DNA of 29,448 nt. It comes from Gemmatimonadota bacterium (GTDB taxonomy: Bacteria; Gemmatimonadota; Gemmatimonadetes; Gemmatimonadales; GWC2-71-9). The notes beneath the pieces are model-generated. The model searched no databases, had not been told where the DNA came from, and saw nothing but the letters and a program-made list of their open reading frames with translations. Below are positions 20,678-29,448 of this stretch, in pieces. The stretch is taken from NCBI GenBank assembly GCA_039591655.1, contig JBDHDE010000031.1, positions 1-29,448 of the forward strand, given 5' to 3'. A program made the translations under genes and the position numbers. Each line of letters opens with the position of its first letter. Position 1 is the stretch's first letter.

Positions 20678-21304
20678 TTGAGACACTTGGCTACAGTCGC
20701 ATTGGCACTCGCCCTCGCGGTCTCGACCGCGGACTCCACGCTGGCGCAGTCGCGCCGGGCCGGCATCATGGCCGGCGCAACGTACTCCCAGCTCACCGAC
20801 GATTTCACCTCCAGCTCGAACTTCGAGTGGGGCTTCATCGGGGGCGGCTACCTAGAGTGGCAGTACCACCCGCAAATCGCCGGCCAGATCGAGATCAACT
20901 ACGTCCAGCGCGGCGGCTCCGGCACGCGCGCCAGCAATGGTGATGACTTCGATATGGATCTGGCCTATCTCGAGTTCCCGCTGACATTCAACGCCATGAT
21001 CCCCGTCACGCCCACCGTGGAGTTGCGTGGGGGAATCGGTTTCACCTTCGCCCTCAGCCTGTCCTGCAAGGCCGCCATCGACTCCGGCAGCAAGCAGTCG
21101 TGCGGCACGACGTTCCCGGGTCTCGACAAGTCGTCCATCGAGTGGAGCCTCCCGTTCGGCGCCGGGGTCGGGTTCAACCTGGGTCGCAACAAGGTCGTGC
21201 TGGAGGCGCGCTACCACCTGGGGCTGTCCAACGTGCTGAAGACGGTGAACATCAAGAACCGCAGCTGGGAGTTCATGGCGCGGTTCGGGCAGGCGATCTT
21301 CTAG
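20678..21304 (+). CDS. Outer-membrane beta-barrel protein (porin family, PorT-like)
   Basis: GAGGAGGT RBS before TTG 20678, signal peptide, EINYVQRG, YLEFPL, EARYHLGLSN, alternating beta pattern and C-terminal Phe. Confidence 0.82.
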   Translation: MRHLATVALALALAVSTADSTLAQSRRAGIMAGATYSQLTDDFTSSSNFEWGFIGGGYLEWQYHPQIAGQIEINYVQRGGSGTRASNGDDFDMDLAYLEFPLTFNAMIPVTPTVELRGGIGFTFALSLSCKAAIDSGSKQSCGTTFPGLDKSSIEWSLPFGAGVGFNLGRNKVVLEARYHLGLSNVLKTVNIKNRSWEFMARFGQAIF

Positions 21305-21338
21305 GCCGCCAACGGTCCACTTCGCGGCTCGTGGCGAA

Positions 21339-21366
21339 GAAGGCCCGGTCGGATGACCGGGCCTTC
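21339..21366. terminator. Probable bidirectional terminator hairpin between convergent genes
   Basis: Perfect 12-bp stem GAAGGCCCGGTC-ggat-GACCGGGCCTTC. Confidence 0.7.
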
Positions 21367-21446
21367 GTATCTTCAGTCGACGGCCTCCGCGTTGACATGA
21401 GGCTGCGGTGGACGTGTCCCCCAGCCTGTCCGCCGTTTGGCGATCA

Positions 21447-22688
21447 CTAATCCACCCAGTTCTCCAGGAACCGCTGCTCGCCGCCCTCGTGCTCGTCCAC
21501 CAGGGCCCGGAAGACGGCCCGCAGCTGCGCGTATGGGAACGTCCCGATGACCATCCGATTGTTGATAATCATCGTGGGCGTGGAGCGGATGCCGTGGGCG
21601 TAGCGCTCCGAGGTCCTCTCGTACTCCGCGCCGGTCTGGATCATCTCATAGACCAGCGCCTTAGTGGCAGAATCCTCCAACGCTGTCTCGACCCCGTAGC
21701 GCCGTGCCAGCTCCGCCCGCCACTCCGGCGTCTTGGCCGCCCGGAAGTTGTCCCATACCTCGTCGTGAATCTGGAGGAACTTGTCGGGGTCGTAGGCCGC
21801 CATGTACGACAGGTCACACGCCCCCGGGTGCTTGTCCTTGTCCACCACGTCGTTGCACTGAGCATCCAGGGGGAAGAACTGGAACGCGATGTTGAGCTGG
21901 CCCTCGAATTCCTGCTTCAGCCGCTTCAGTTGCTCGTGCAGGATCAAGCAGTCGGAGCATAGGAGGTCGCCGTACTCGATCACCCGGATCGGGGCGTCCT
22001 CGAACCGCTCAGTCGACCTGACCGTCCAGTATGGCGAGATGAGGCTCGGCTCCTCCACCAGCGGCAGCGAGTAGTACTGCTCCACGATGCGGGCGGCCAC
22101 CCCGCCGGACTGGGCGTCCTGCTTGGCCTGGTGGTACAGCCGTGCCCCGTAGGCGCCGCACAGCAGCAACACAGCGAACGTAGCCAGATACCCGGGCGAC
22201 GCACGGAACCACTTCGTGAAAAACCCAGGCTCCTCCACGTCGATCCCGTACTTCCAGAACAGTCCCAGACTCGCGAGCGACGTGAGCCAGTAGCCGCTGC
22301 AGAAGACGCACAGGCTCCCCAGAGACACCGTCGAGAACAGCGCGAGGAACACCACTCCGATCCCGTTCACCAGGGCGATCGTCTTGTTGGTGCGCTCGAA
22401 CTCGACGGAGGGAAAGAGCACACCCAGCACCACCAGCAACCCGACGAACAGCCCGAAGTAGCCCAGCGGCACCCCGGCGATCACCGACAAGGCCGAGTAC
22501 GCCGAGCTGTCGCAGTTGAAGAACGCGCTGACGTCGCAGAAGGAGCCCGCGTAGATGGACTTTGGGTAGTTCGCCGCGAAGAAGTGCCGGATGGTGAGAG
22601 CGGAGGCGACCACCATGCCGAGACCCACAAGGAAACTCGCGGCGCGCCGCCCGATGTTTCCGCCCAACGTCAACGACTGCTGCATCAC
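21447..22688 (-). CDS. Vitamin K epoxide reductase (VKOR) fused to a DsbA/thioredoxin domain
   Basis: Loop cysteines CDVSAFFNC, membrane CVFC, thioredoxin CSDC and cis-Pro motif STPT. Start is GTG 22688 or ATG 22685. Confidence 0.88.
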   Translation of the reverse strand: MMQQSLTLGGNIGRRAASFLVGLGMVVASALTIRHFFAANYPKSIYAGSFCDVSAFFNCDSSAYSALSVIAGVPLGYFGLFVGLLVVLGVLFPSVEFERTNKTIALVNGIGVVFLALFSTVSLGSLCVFCSGYWLTSLASLGLFWKYGIDVEEPGFFTKWFRASPGYLATFAVLLLCGAYGARLYHQAKQDAQSGGVAARIVEQYYSLPLVEEPSLISPYWTVRSTERFEDAPIRVIEYGDLLCSDCLILHEQLKRLKQEFEGQLNIAFQFFPLDAQCNDVVDKDKHPGACDLSYMAAYDPDKFLQIHDEVWDNFRAAKTPEWRAELARRYGVETALEDSATKALVYEMIQTGAEYERTSERYAHGIRSTPTMIINNRMVIGTFPYAQLRAVFRALVDEHEGGEQRFLENWVD

Positions 22689-22730
22689 ATTCCCCTCCCA
22701 AAGACCGCCCGCAACCTAGCCCGCCGGCCC

Positions 22731-25229
22731 CTACTCCACCGGCTTCCTCTTCTCCGTCGCAGCTGTCCCACCCTTCAGCGCCCGCGCCGCCGGCTCGTCG
22801 ATCGACCGCACGTGCAGGTCACGCTGCGGGAAGGGGATCTCGATACCCGCCTCTATGATCGCGTCGTTCACCGCCACGGCGACCTCGCTCGCAACGAGCC
22901 ACCAGCGGTCGAAGCGGTCGGTCCAGAACCGCAGCGTGAAGTCGAGGGAGCTCTCGCCGAAGCCGTTGAAGATCGCGTAAGCCATCGGCGACGGCAGCAC
23001 GTCGTCGTGCGCCTTCGCCGTGTCGCACAACATGTCGATCACCTTCTGGGGAGGCGTACCATATGCCACGCCCACCGGGATCTCAATGCGCCGGCGCCGG
23101 TCCGACAGCGTCCAGTTGGTGACGCGCCCCGAGATGAGATCGGCGTTGGGCACGATGACCTCGGCCTCGTTGAACGTGCGGACAATGGAGGCCCGAATCC
23201 CGATGTGCTTCACGATCCCGAGCAATTCGCCCACCTCCACGGTGTCACCGATCTGGATGGGCCGCTCGAACATCAGGATCAGTCCCGAGATGAAGTTGTT
23301 CACGACGTTCTGGAGTCCGAACCCGATACCGACACCCAGGGCGCCGACCAGGAGCGTGAGGTTGGTCAGATCAAAGCCCGCGGCACCGGCGGCGAACAAG
23401 AACCCGATGAACAGGATGACGTAGCGGGAGAGCGCCGAGATCGTGCCCGGAACACCGCGTGGCAGGCTCAGGCGCGGCAGCACATCGTCGTCCAGCACCG
23501 CCTGGACCAGCCGCGCAAACATCATCGCCAGCCAGATGGCCACGCCGAACGCGATCACATCGCGGATCGAGATCCCCCAGGAGCCCACCGACAGCTCGGC
23601 AGTCAGGATCGAGCCGAGCAGGCCGAGCAGGAACCCCTCCATGCGGAACTGCCGCAGCACGACCCAGAGGAACAGCAGCAGCGCGGCGGCATGCACCACA
23701 GTCTGACCGCGTCGGATCAGCGCCTCACTGTGGGTCTGCGCCGACTTGAGGACGCTGAGCGGGCCCTTGCGCACGATCAGCGGGACCAGCCCATCGACCG
23801 TCTCGACCGCCAAGAAGATCGCCACGCCCACGAAGGCGCTCTTGATCGTCGCCCCCGTCAGCAGCTCCGCCAGGTAGACGAAGCCGATGAGGTTCGCGAG
23901 GAGCGAGGCGGAGAACACTAACACGGCCACTGGACCGGCCCGCAGCGCGGCCCGCCACCAGCCGCTCTCGCTCGCGGTCACCAGGCCGGACCCCGGACGC
24001 AGGTCCCGCACCAGCAGCCACACCGCCACGGCGGTCAGACCGAACTCCGCAAACCGCCTGAGCGGCGACGGATCCAACAGGAGCGCGGTCATCTCGTACA
24101 GGAAGAACACCAGGGCGACGTGGTACAGCGGCCGCCGCAGCCGGTCAGCGATGAGTCCCGGCGCGAGGCGCAGCACAGGGATCAACGCCGACAGGCGGAG
24201 CACGTCCCCCAAGATGGATGGCGCGTTCGGATAGTACTCGGTGCTGAACATCAGGGAGACGAGGAACGCCGCGGAGATCGGCCGGCGCATGACGTACGCC
24301 GCCGGAGCGAACGAGTCGTCGAGATCCCACCGGCGGCTGCGGCGGCGCAGCTCCAAGATGCCTACCAGCAGCAGCACGAACACGATGACGTGAATCCGGA
24401 TCCGCTCGCCGTTCGCGCGGGCGAACGACTCCAGGGTCGCAAGCCGCTGGGACCACCCTTGCCGCACCGTGGCGGCTACGGCAGCCGGCCCTCCCGCACC
24501 GGCGAAGGCTCGCCACAAGGGTGGGCTGTCAGCCGCCAGGATGCGCAACTGGACCTGCCGCTTAGCTTCTTCGATCTCGGCGAGCCGGGTGGTGAGGCCG
24601 ATGCTCTCGCTGGAGAGACGGGTCTGCAACGTGAGAACCGCGTCCCTACGGTCCCGCAGCTGGGCCTCGGCCGAGTCGGTTGCGGCAACCAGCTCCCCTA
24701 TACGTTGGACGGCAGCCGCGGGTAGCTCCTGCGCCTCCGCCGACTCCAGCGTCGCCTGCCACACCGTCCGGATGCCTGCCAGGCTATCTCGCTCCACCTC
24801 CAGTTCAGCCGACCGGCGCTCCAGCACGCTCAACGCCTGCCGCAGTCGCTCGTCGAACGCCCGCCACTGCTGTTCCAGCGCCTCGAGCTCGTGAATGCGC
24901 AGATCCGCGAGATCTGCCGAGTCCGCATGGAGCTGGGCGAGAGAGTCGGCGAACGCCGGCAGCAGCGAGTCGATCTCCGCAACGGCCCGGGTCTCCACCA
25001 GCCGCCCGGCAATATCCCGTAGCGCCACGGCGGCCAGCTCAGCCTGCTGGGCAATCTCGGCTGCCGGAATCGCGGCGGGTCCCGTCGGCACCTGCACCGT
25101 GTCTTGCGTTGCCGGCTCCTGCGGCGGCTGGTCTTGGGCCAGTCCGCTGGCCGGCAAGGCCGTCACCAGGACAAGCAGCAAACCGACCGAACGGAACCGG
25201 AACCGAGTCATCTTTGTCGCTCTCAACAT
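22731..25229 (-). CDS. Large MscS-family mechanosensitive channel (MscK-like, periplasmic coiled coil)
   Basis: Signal peptide, helical N-region, many TM segments, GALGVGIGFGLQNVVNNFISG, ERPIQIGD, VPN, VGVAYG and IPFPQRD. Confidence 0.92.
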   Translation of the reverse strand: MLRATKMTRFRFRSVGLLLVLVTALPASGLAQDQPPQEPATQDTVQVPTGPAAIPAAEIAQQAELAAVALRDIAGRLVETRAVAEIDSLLPAFADSLAQLHADSADLADLRIHELEALEQQWRAFDERLRQALSVLERRSAELEVERDSLAGIRTVWQATLESAEAQELPAAAVQRIGELVAATDSAEAQLRDRRDAVLTLQTRLSSESIGLTTRLAEIEEAKRQVQLRILAADSPPLWRAFAGAGGPAAVAATVRQGWSQRLATLESFARANGERIRIHVIVFVLLLVGILELRRRSRRWDLDDSFAPAAYVMRRPISAAFLVSLMFSTEYYPNAPSILGDVLRLSALIPVLRLAPGLIADRLRRPLYHVALVFFLYEMTALLLDPSPLRRFAEFGLTAVAVWLLVRDLRPGSGLVTASESGWWRAALRAGPVAVLVFSASLLANLIGFVYLAELLTGATIKSAFVGVAIFLAVETVDGLVPLIVRKGPLSVLKSAQTHSEALIRRGQTVVHAAALLLFLWVVLRQFRMEGFLLGLLGSILTAELSVGSWGISIRDVIAFGVAIWLAMMFARLVQAVLDDDVLPRLSLPRGVPGTISALSRYVILFIGFLFAAGAAGFDLTNLTLLVGALGVGIGFGLQNVVNNFISGLILMFERPIQIGDTVEVGELLGIVKHIGIRASIVRTFNEAEVIVPNADLISGRVTNWTLSDRRRRIEIPVGVAYGTPPQKVIDMLCDTAKAHDDVLPSPMAYAIFNGFGESSLDFTLRFWTDRFDRWWLVASEVAVAVNDAIIEAGIEIPFPQRDLHVRSIDEPAARALKGGTAATEKRKPVE

Positions 25230-25250
25230 GAGTTGCCTCGTAACGGCCCC

Positions 25251-26336
25251 CTAGCCTCCCAGCGTGTATGTCAACGCCGTCGTCAGCTCGGTGTCGTTCT
25301 TCTCGGAGCCGGCCGTGGGGGTGTTATCGTACTCCCACAGGAGTTGAATGCGGAAGCCCAGGCCGGCAATCACTCTCGCAGTGAGGCCAGTGATGGCCAG
25401 TACCTGATAGTCGTTGAAGTCGTTGAACGACGGGGCGTAGACGCCCCGGAGGTCATAGTTGAAAGGGCCCAGCTCGGCCCGGAAGGCGGCGTCCAGCGAG
25501 CCCGTTCCGACCGTGGTCGAGCTATCCACCATGCCCTCCTGGAGGAAGAACTTCTCGTAGCGGATGCCGGCGCCCACTGAGCTGCGCAGGTCCAATTTGG
25601 GCTGTTGGATGAACTGGTAGCCCATCCCGGCGGTGTAGAACGATCGCAGGTCGATGTCCTTGAACCGGTCGCGTGACTGCCGGGTGGTACCGAAGACGAA
25701 CAGCTTGGGCGTGAAGAACACGTCGTACCGCAGGCCAGCGAGGTACTTCCCCGCCGTCTGGACCAGCGAGTCGCCGTCTACGCGGTCGTGATCCTGGCTC
25801 AGCTGAACGGTAAGACTCAACCGATCCAAGGCAGTGGCGCGCTCCATGTCCAGGTAGAACGTCCCGCTGCGGGTGTTGGTGTTCCCGTCCTTGACGGACA
25901 GACCGAAACTCACCGTGGCCCGCCAGAACTTGAAGAACGGGCTCAGCAGCTTGACCTCGACGGGGCGCAGCGCCTCGAGGTCGTCGGGCGCGCCGGCGGC
26001 GGCGAGATCGGTCGTGGCTACGGTGCGTGTCGTTCCATCCGCTTCCTGCAGGCGCAACCCGCCAACCACGGACTCCACCGTGGCGGCCAGCAAAGTACCG
26101 TCGGCTAGCCGGAACCCCACGGGCTCGGGCGCCACAAAGGCAGCGACATCGGCCGCCGCGATCTCAAGATCCTTGCCGGCGTAGGTGAATACCCACGTGC
26201 CGTTATCGATGCGGGCCAGGGAGCCAGTGAGCTGGTCACCGTTCGCCAGGGTGAGCGTCTGCTGCGCGATGGCGGCGGGCGCCGCAGCCCCCAACAGCAG
26301 TAGCACGAGAATCGAGCGGACAGCCAACGATCGCAT
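25251..26336 (-). CDS. DUF481-like outer-membrane beta-barrel protein
   Basis: AGGAGAGG RBS before ATG 26336, signal peptide, LANGDQLTG N-domain, GNTN, DRFKDIDLR, YDNTP and terminal LTYTL. Confidence 0.8.
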   Translation of the reverse strand: MRSLAVRSILVLLLLGAAAPAAIAQQTLTLANGDQLTGSLARIDNGTWVFTYAGKDLEIAAADVAAFVAPEPVGFRLADGTLLAATVESVVGGLRLQEADGTTRTVATTDLAAAGAPDDLEALRPVEVKLLSPFFKFWRATVSFGLSVKDGNTNTRSGTFYLDMERATALDRLSLTVQLSQDHDRVDGDSLVQTAGKYLAGLRYDVFFTPKLFVFGTTRQSRDRFKDIDLRSFYTAGMGYQFIQQPKLDLRSSVGAGIRYEKFFLQEGMVDSSTTVGTGSLDAAFRAELGPFNYDLRGVYAPSFNDFNDYQVLAITGLTARVIAGLGFRIQLLWEYDNTPTAGSEKNDTELTTALTYTLGG

Positions 26337-26429
26337 TACCTCTCCTACCTGAGGAGGACGTGCCGCGGGCCCGTCCTCCCGGGCGACGCGACAGCACACT
26401 TGGAATCGGCCAAAGATAATAGAGGGGAC

Positions 26430-27323
26430 CTAGAGGATCAGCGCCACCACCAGCGTCAGCGCCAGCACCATGTTGGTCCCCAGGTTCCACATCACGTTGC
26501 CGCCTAGGGCGGGGATCGGCACCGGCTCAGCGGGGCTCCCGAAGGCCCAACGCAGCGCCTTGACCAGGAGAAGAGAAGGCAGCACGGCAGCGAGGGAAAC
26601 GACGGGGAGGGCATCCGCTGCCACGGCGCCCACAATGGAGATCGGCGTCAGGATCCCGGCGGCGGCGTAGACCCGGGCGGCGAGGGTCCTCCCCAGGAGG
26701 ATTGCCAGGTTGCGGCGCCCTCCCGCCCGATCCGCGTCCTCGTCGGGAAACTCGTTCAGCAGCAGCAGGTTGAACGTCATGAACGTGGCGGGAATCGCCG
26801 CCGCGACCGCGGCCGGCCCCAGAACGCCGTCCTGGACCAACGCGGTCCCGATCACCGGCAGCCCACCCAGGCCGAGCCCGGCCGCCACCTCTCCCAGCCC
26901 CAGCCGCGCCAGGAAGTCGGTATAGCCCAAGACGCAAACCGCCCCCAGGACCATGATGGGGAGCAGCACCCACCCGACCTTGGTGAGAAACCAGACGCCG
27001 ACGGCAAGGCCCACCATGGCCGCCGCCAACCCAAAGATCAGAGTGGCGCGCAGGGAGATGGCGCCGGCAGGCAGCGTCCCGCTCCCTCCCGAGAACGGCG
27101 TGCGCCGGGTCTTCAGGTCGATTCCCGTCCGCATGTCGCTCCACTCGTTGAGCACGTTGACCGCAACGTGGAGCGCTACGAGTCCGATCAGCGCTAGGAG
27201 GGTGTGCAGCCAGCCGAAGTGACCGTCGTAGGCCGACGCCGCTGCGCCCGACGCCACGAGGGTGACCGGCAACAACAGGAACGGGACGCGGGCCACACCC
27301 GCGAACGCTTTGAGGCTAGCCAT
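26430..27323 (-). CDS. menA: UbiA-family prenyltransferase, MenA-like (1,4-dihydroxy-2-naphthoate polyprenyltransferase)
   Basis: NEWSDMRTGID, FSGGSG, NEFPDEDADRAGGRRNL and multiple TM helices. Exact substrate cannot be determined from sequence. Confidence 0.72.
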   Translation of the reverse strand: MASLKAFAGVARVPFLLLPVTLVASGAAASAYDGHFGWLHTLLALIGLVALHVAVNVLNEWSDMRTGIDLKTRRTPFSGGSGTLPAGAISLRATLIFGLAAAMVGLAVGVWFLTKVGWVLLPIMVLGAVCVLGYTDFLARLGLGEVAAGLGLGGLPVIGTALVQDGVLGPAAVAAAIPATFMTFNLLLLNEFPDEDADRAGGRRNLAILLGRTLAARVYAAAGILTPISIVGAVAADALPVVSLAAVLPSLLLVKALRWAFGSPAEPVPIPALGGNVMWNLGTNMVLALTLVVALIL

Positions 27324-27381
27324 GGTCGTCAAAATTGCTCGTCACCGCGACCCCAGCGGCCGCCGTTCCCCGGAAGCGTAC

Positions 27382-28189
27382 CTACTTGGGGAACAGCATC
27401 TTGAACTGCAGCCGCAATGTCCAGTCGGCGGCGTCGTCCGGCTTCACCGCGTTGTAGAACACCTGCGCCTGCCCGTCAACCGGCATCTTCCCGAGGCGGA
27501 ACAGCTTGCCCACGCCACCGCCGAACGGGATGGTCCACTTCTGCCCGCTCGCTGCCTCCCAGTTGGCCGTGATGATGGGCGACGTGGTGAGGTACAGGTT
27601 GGGCAGGTTGTAGTTGATGAAGTACTGGGACAACAGGAAATTGACGTCGCTGCGAGCAGAGTCCCCGGCGAATGACCAGACGTTCTGCGCCAACGCACCC
27701 AACACCCACTGTCCGGTCATCGCCAGGACCACCCCCCCCCACACCGGCGGACCACTTGCCCGTGCCCAAGCGGTCGCTCGTGGCGGTGGGGATCAAGAAC
27801 GAGGGGCCCACGCCCCAGGTCACGGTGCCTGCCTCGGCAGGCGAGAAGAAGGCCGTGTAGCTCAGGTCGCCCAGGCCGAACTCACTCCCGATTCCCGCCA
27901 CCACCTCTCCCTGCCAGATCACCGGTAGAATGGCCCGGTTGATCATGTTCCACTTGCCGATGGTGACCGGGTATACGGGCTGGATGTTCAGTGTGTTCAC
28001 CGTGGCATCATTCAAACCCTGGCCGAAATCCGTGTTGTTCTGTAACGGCAGGCTGATGAGGTTGGCGATCGGGTTCTGTGACTGCTTGGCCAGCGCCTGG
28101 TCGTCCTGGGCGGACTGCGCGGCAGACGGCTGAGTGACGAGTGCTGACACCGCAAGCAGTGCGATGCTGGCCACGATGGTCCGTGTCAT
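27382..28189 (-). pseudogene. Outer-membrane barrel/transporter-like protein split by a +1 frameshift in a G9 tract (true lesion, phase variation or sequencing error)
   Basis: ATG 28189 with signal peptide, LAKQSQNPIANLISLP, NIQPVYP, GLGD and GTGKWSAG. Continues in another frame as VVLAMTGQW...WTLRLQFKMLFPK. Removing one G from 27732-27740 restores a single ORF. Confidence 0.8.
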
Positions 28190-28354
28190 TTCCTGTCTCC
28201 CCCGAATGGGTGATCTGGGCTCCGTCGCCGACGCTGCCACGACCCGACGCCCCATGATAGCCCATGGACACCGTGCGGTCACCCCCGCCGGACTGGCGCT
28301 CACCGTCCCCACGCAATAGTTTGTGCGCTTCGCTCGCCTCCCGGAGCGCTGGCC

Positions 28355-29448
28355 CTGGAAGACATCCTCGAACGCCTGCAGGAAGCCCTCAGAGACCTCT
28401 ACCGCGTCGAGCGCGAGCTCGGCCGAGGCGGCATGGCAACCGTCTACCTCGCCGAGGACCTGAAGCACCGCCGCCGCGTGGCCCTCAAGGTCCTCAAGCC
28501 CGAGTTGGCCCAGGCCATCGGCACGGGGCGCTTCCTCAAAGAGATCCAGATCGCCGCGCAGCTCACCCACCCCCATATCCTGCCGCTCCACGACTCGGGT
28601 GAGGCCGGTGGGCTGCTGTACTACGTCATGCCGTACGTCGAGGGAGAATCACTCCGCGACCGGCTGGACCGCGAGAAGCCGCTTCCCCTGGACGACGCGA
28701 TCCCGATCCTGCAGGACGTGGCGGATGCTCTGAACCACGCGCACGGCCTCGGCGTGATCCACCGGGACATCAAGCCCGAGAACATCCTCTTCACGGCGGG
28801 CCACGCGGTGGTGAGCGACTTCGGCATCGCCCGGGCCATCGACGCGGCGGGGACGGAGCAACTCACCGAGACGGGGTTCGCCGTGGGAACGCCCTCCTAC
28901 ATGAGTCCCGAGCAGGTGAGCGGGGATCGCGCGATCGACGGGCGCAGTGACGTCTACAGTCTCGGGTGTCTCGCCTACGAAGTGCTGGGAGGGGAGCCGC
29001 CGTTTACGGGCCCGACCCCCCAAGCGGTCATGGCCAGGCACGTGATGGACCCGGTGCCCAACCTGCGCACGCTGCGGTCGACCATACCCGCCGCGACGCA
29101 GGCCGCGATCGAGAAGGCCCTGGCCAAGCTGCCGGCAGACCGGTTCCTGACCCCCAAGGCGTTCGCCGATGCGCTGACGAGTGAGATCGGGGTGGCATCC
29201 CCAACCGGGGCACCGAAGCCATCCCTGACTCCCTCAAAGTGGCTCCGGCGCCTCGGCTACGCGGTACCGACCGTCCTGGCGGTGTTCGTCGTGGCGTGGG
29301 CGCTGTGGGGGCGCAGCGGTAACTCGCCGGCCGGTGACCAACCGGGTAGGATCAGGCCGCTCACCAACTTCATCGGCTGGGAGTGGTCCCCGAGTTGGTC
29401 TCCCGACGGCTCCATGATCACCTTCACCCACACCGCGGGCGGCAACGC
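28355..29448 (+). CDS. Hanks-type Ser/Thr protein kinase with a TM helix and the start of a PD40/TolB-like propeller; runs off the window (absent from the ORF track)
   Basis: Manual translation gives LGRGGMATVY, VALKVL, HRDIKPEN, DFGIA, GTPSYMSPEQ, DVYSLG, TM AVPTVLAVFVVAWALW, then PSWSPDGSMITF. Start inferred at CTG 28355. Confidence 0.92.
   Translation, partial: MEDILERLQEALRDLYRVERELGRGGMATVYLAEDLKHRRRVALKVLKPELAQAIGTGRFLKEIQIAAQLTHPHILPLHDSGEAGGLLYYVMPYVEGESLRDRLDREKPLPLDDAIPILQDVADALNHAHGLGVIHRDIKPENILFTAGHAVVSDFGIARAIDAAGTEQLTETGFAVGTPSYMSPEQVSGDRAIDGRSDVYSLGCLAYEVLGGEPPFTGPTPQAVMARHVMDPVPNLRTLRSTIPAATQAAIEKALAKLPADRFLTPKAFADALTSEIGVASPTGAPKPSLTPSKWLRRLGYAVPTVLAVFVVAWALWGRSGNSPAGDQPGRIRPLTNFIGWEWSPSWSPDGSMITFTHTAGGN

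Noticed and set aside
22131..23921. 596-aa plus-strand ORF
   Set aside because: Antisense shadow of the VKOR and MscS genes.
28190..28591. N-terminal extension of ORF 27476..28591
   Set aside because: Mostly antisense of the kinase gene. The signal peptide begins at ATG 28189.

Overview
High-GC bacterial window with about 24 coding regions. The Ser/Thr kinase-PD40 protein at the right edge is suggestive of Gemmatimonadota, but that is inference only. The left third is a dense polyphosphate (polyP) locus: a minus-strand operon ppx-ppk1-sixA-CHAD/CYTH converges on a second, plus-strand PPK1 fused in frame to an N-terminal multi-pass DUF4956-type membrane domain. This fusion is the best candidate for an undescribed system, a membrane-anchored polyP polymerase that may couple synthesis to translocation. 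The middle holds a truncated, frameshifted solute-symporter remnant with small membrane ORFs, an HAO-family octaheme cytochrome c, an aldo/keto reductase, a threonine/serine dehydratase, a dipeptide epimerase, an adenine/adenosine deaminase, a metzincin lipoprotein, a ClC-CBS-RCK_C transporter, an orphan ParB-like protein and an outer-membrane barrel. The right part is a minus-strand envelope run (OM protein frameshifted at a G9 tract, MenA-like prenyltransferase, DUF481 barrel, large MscS, VKOR-DsbA fusion), then a kinase with no canonical start codon. I saw no rRNA, tRNA, CRISPR array or intact transposase. All family calls come from motif recognition by eye, not database searches.
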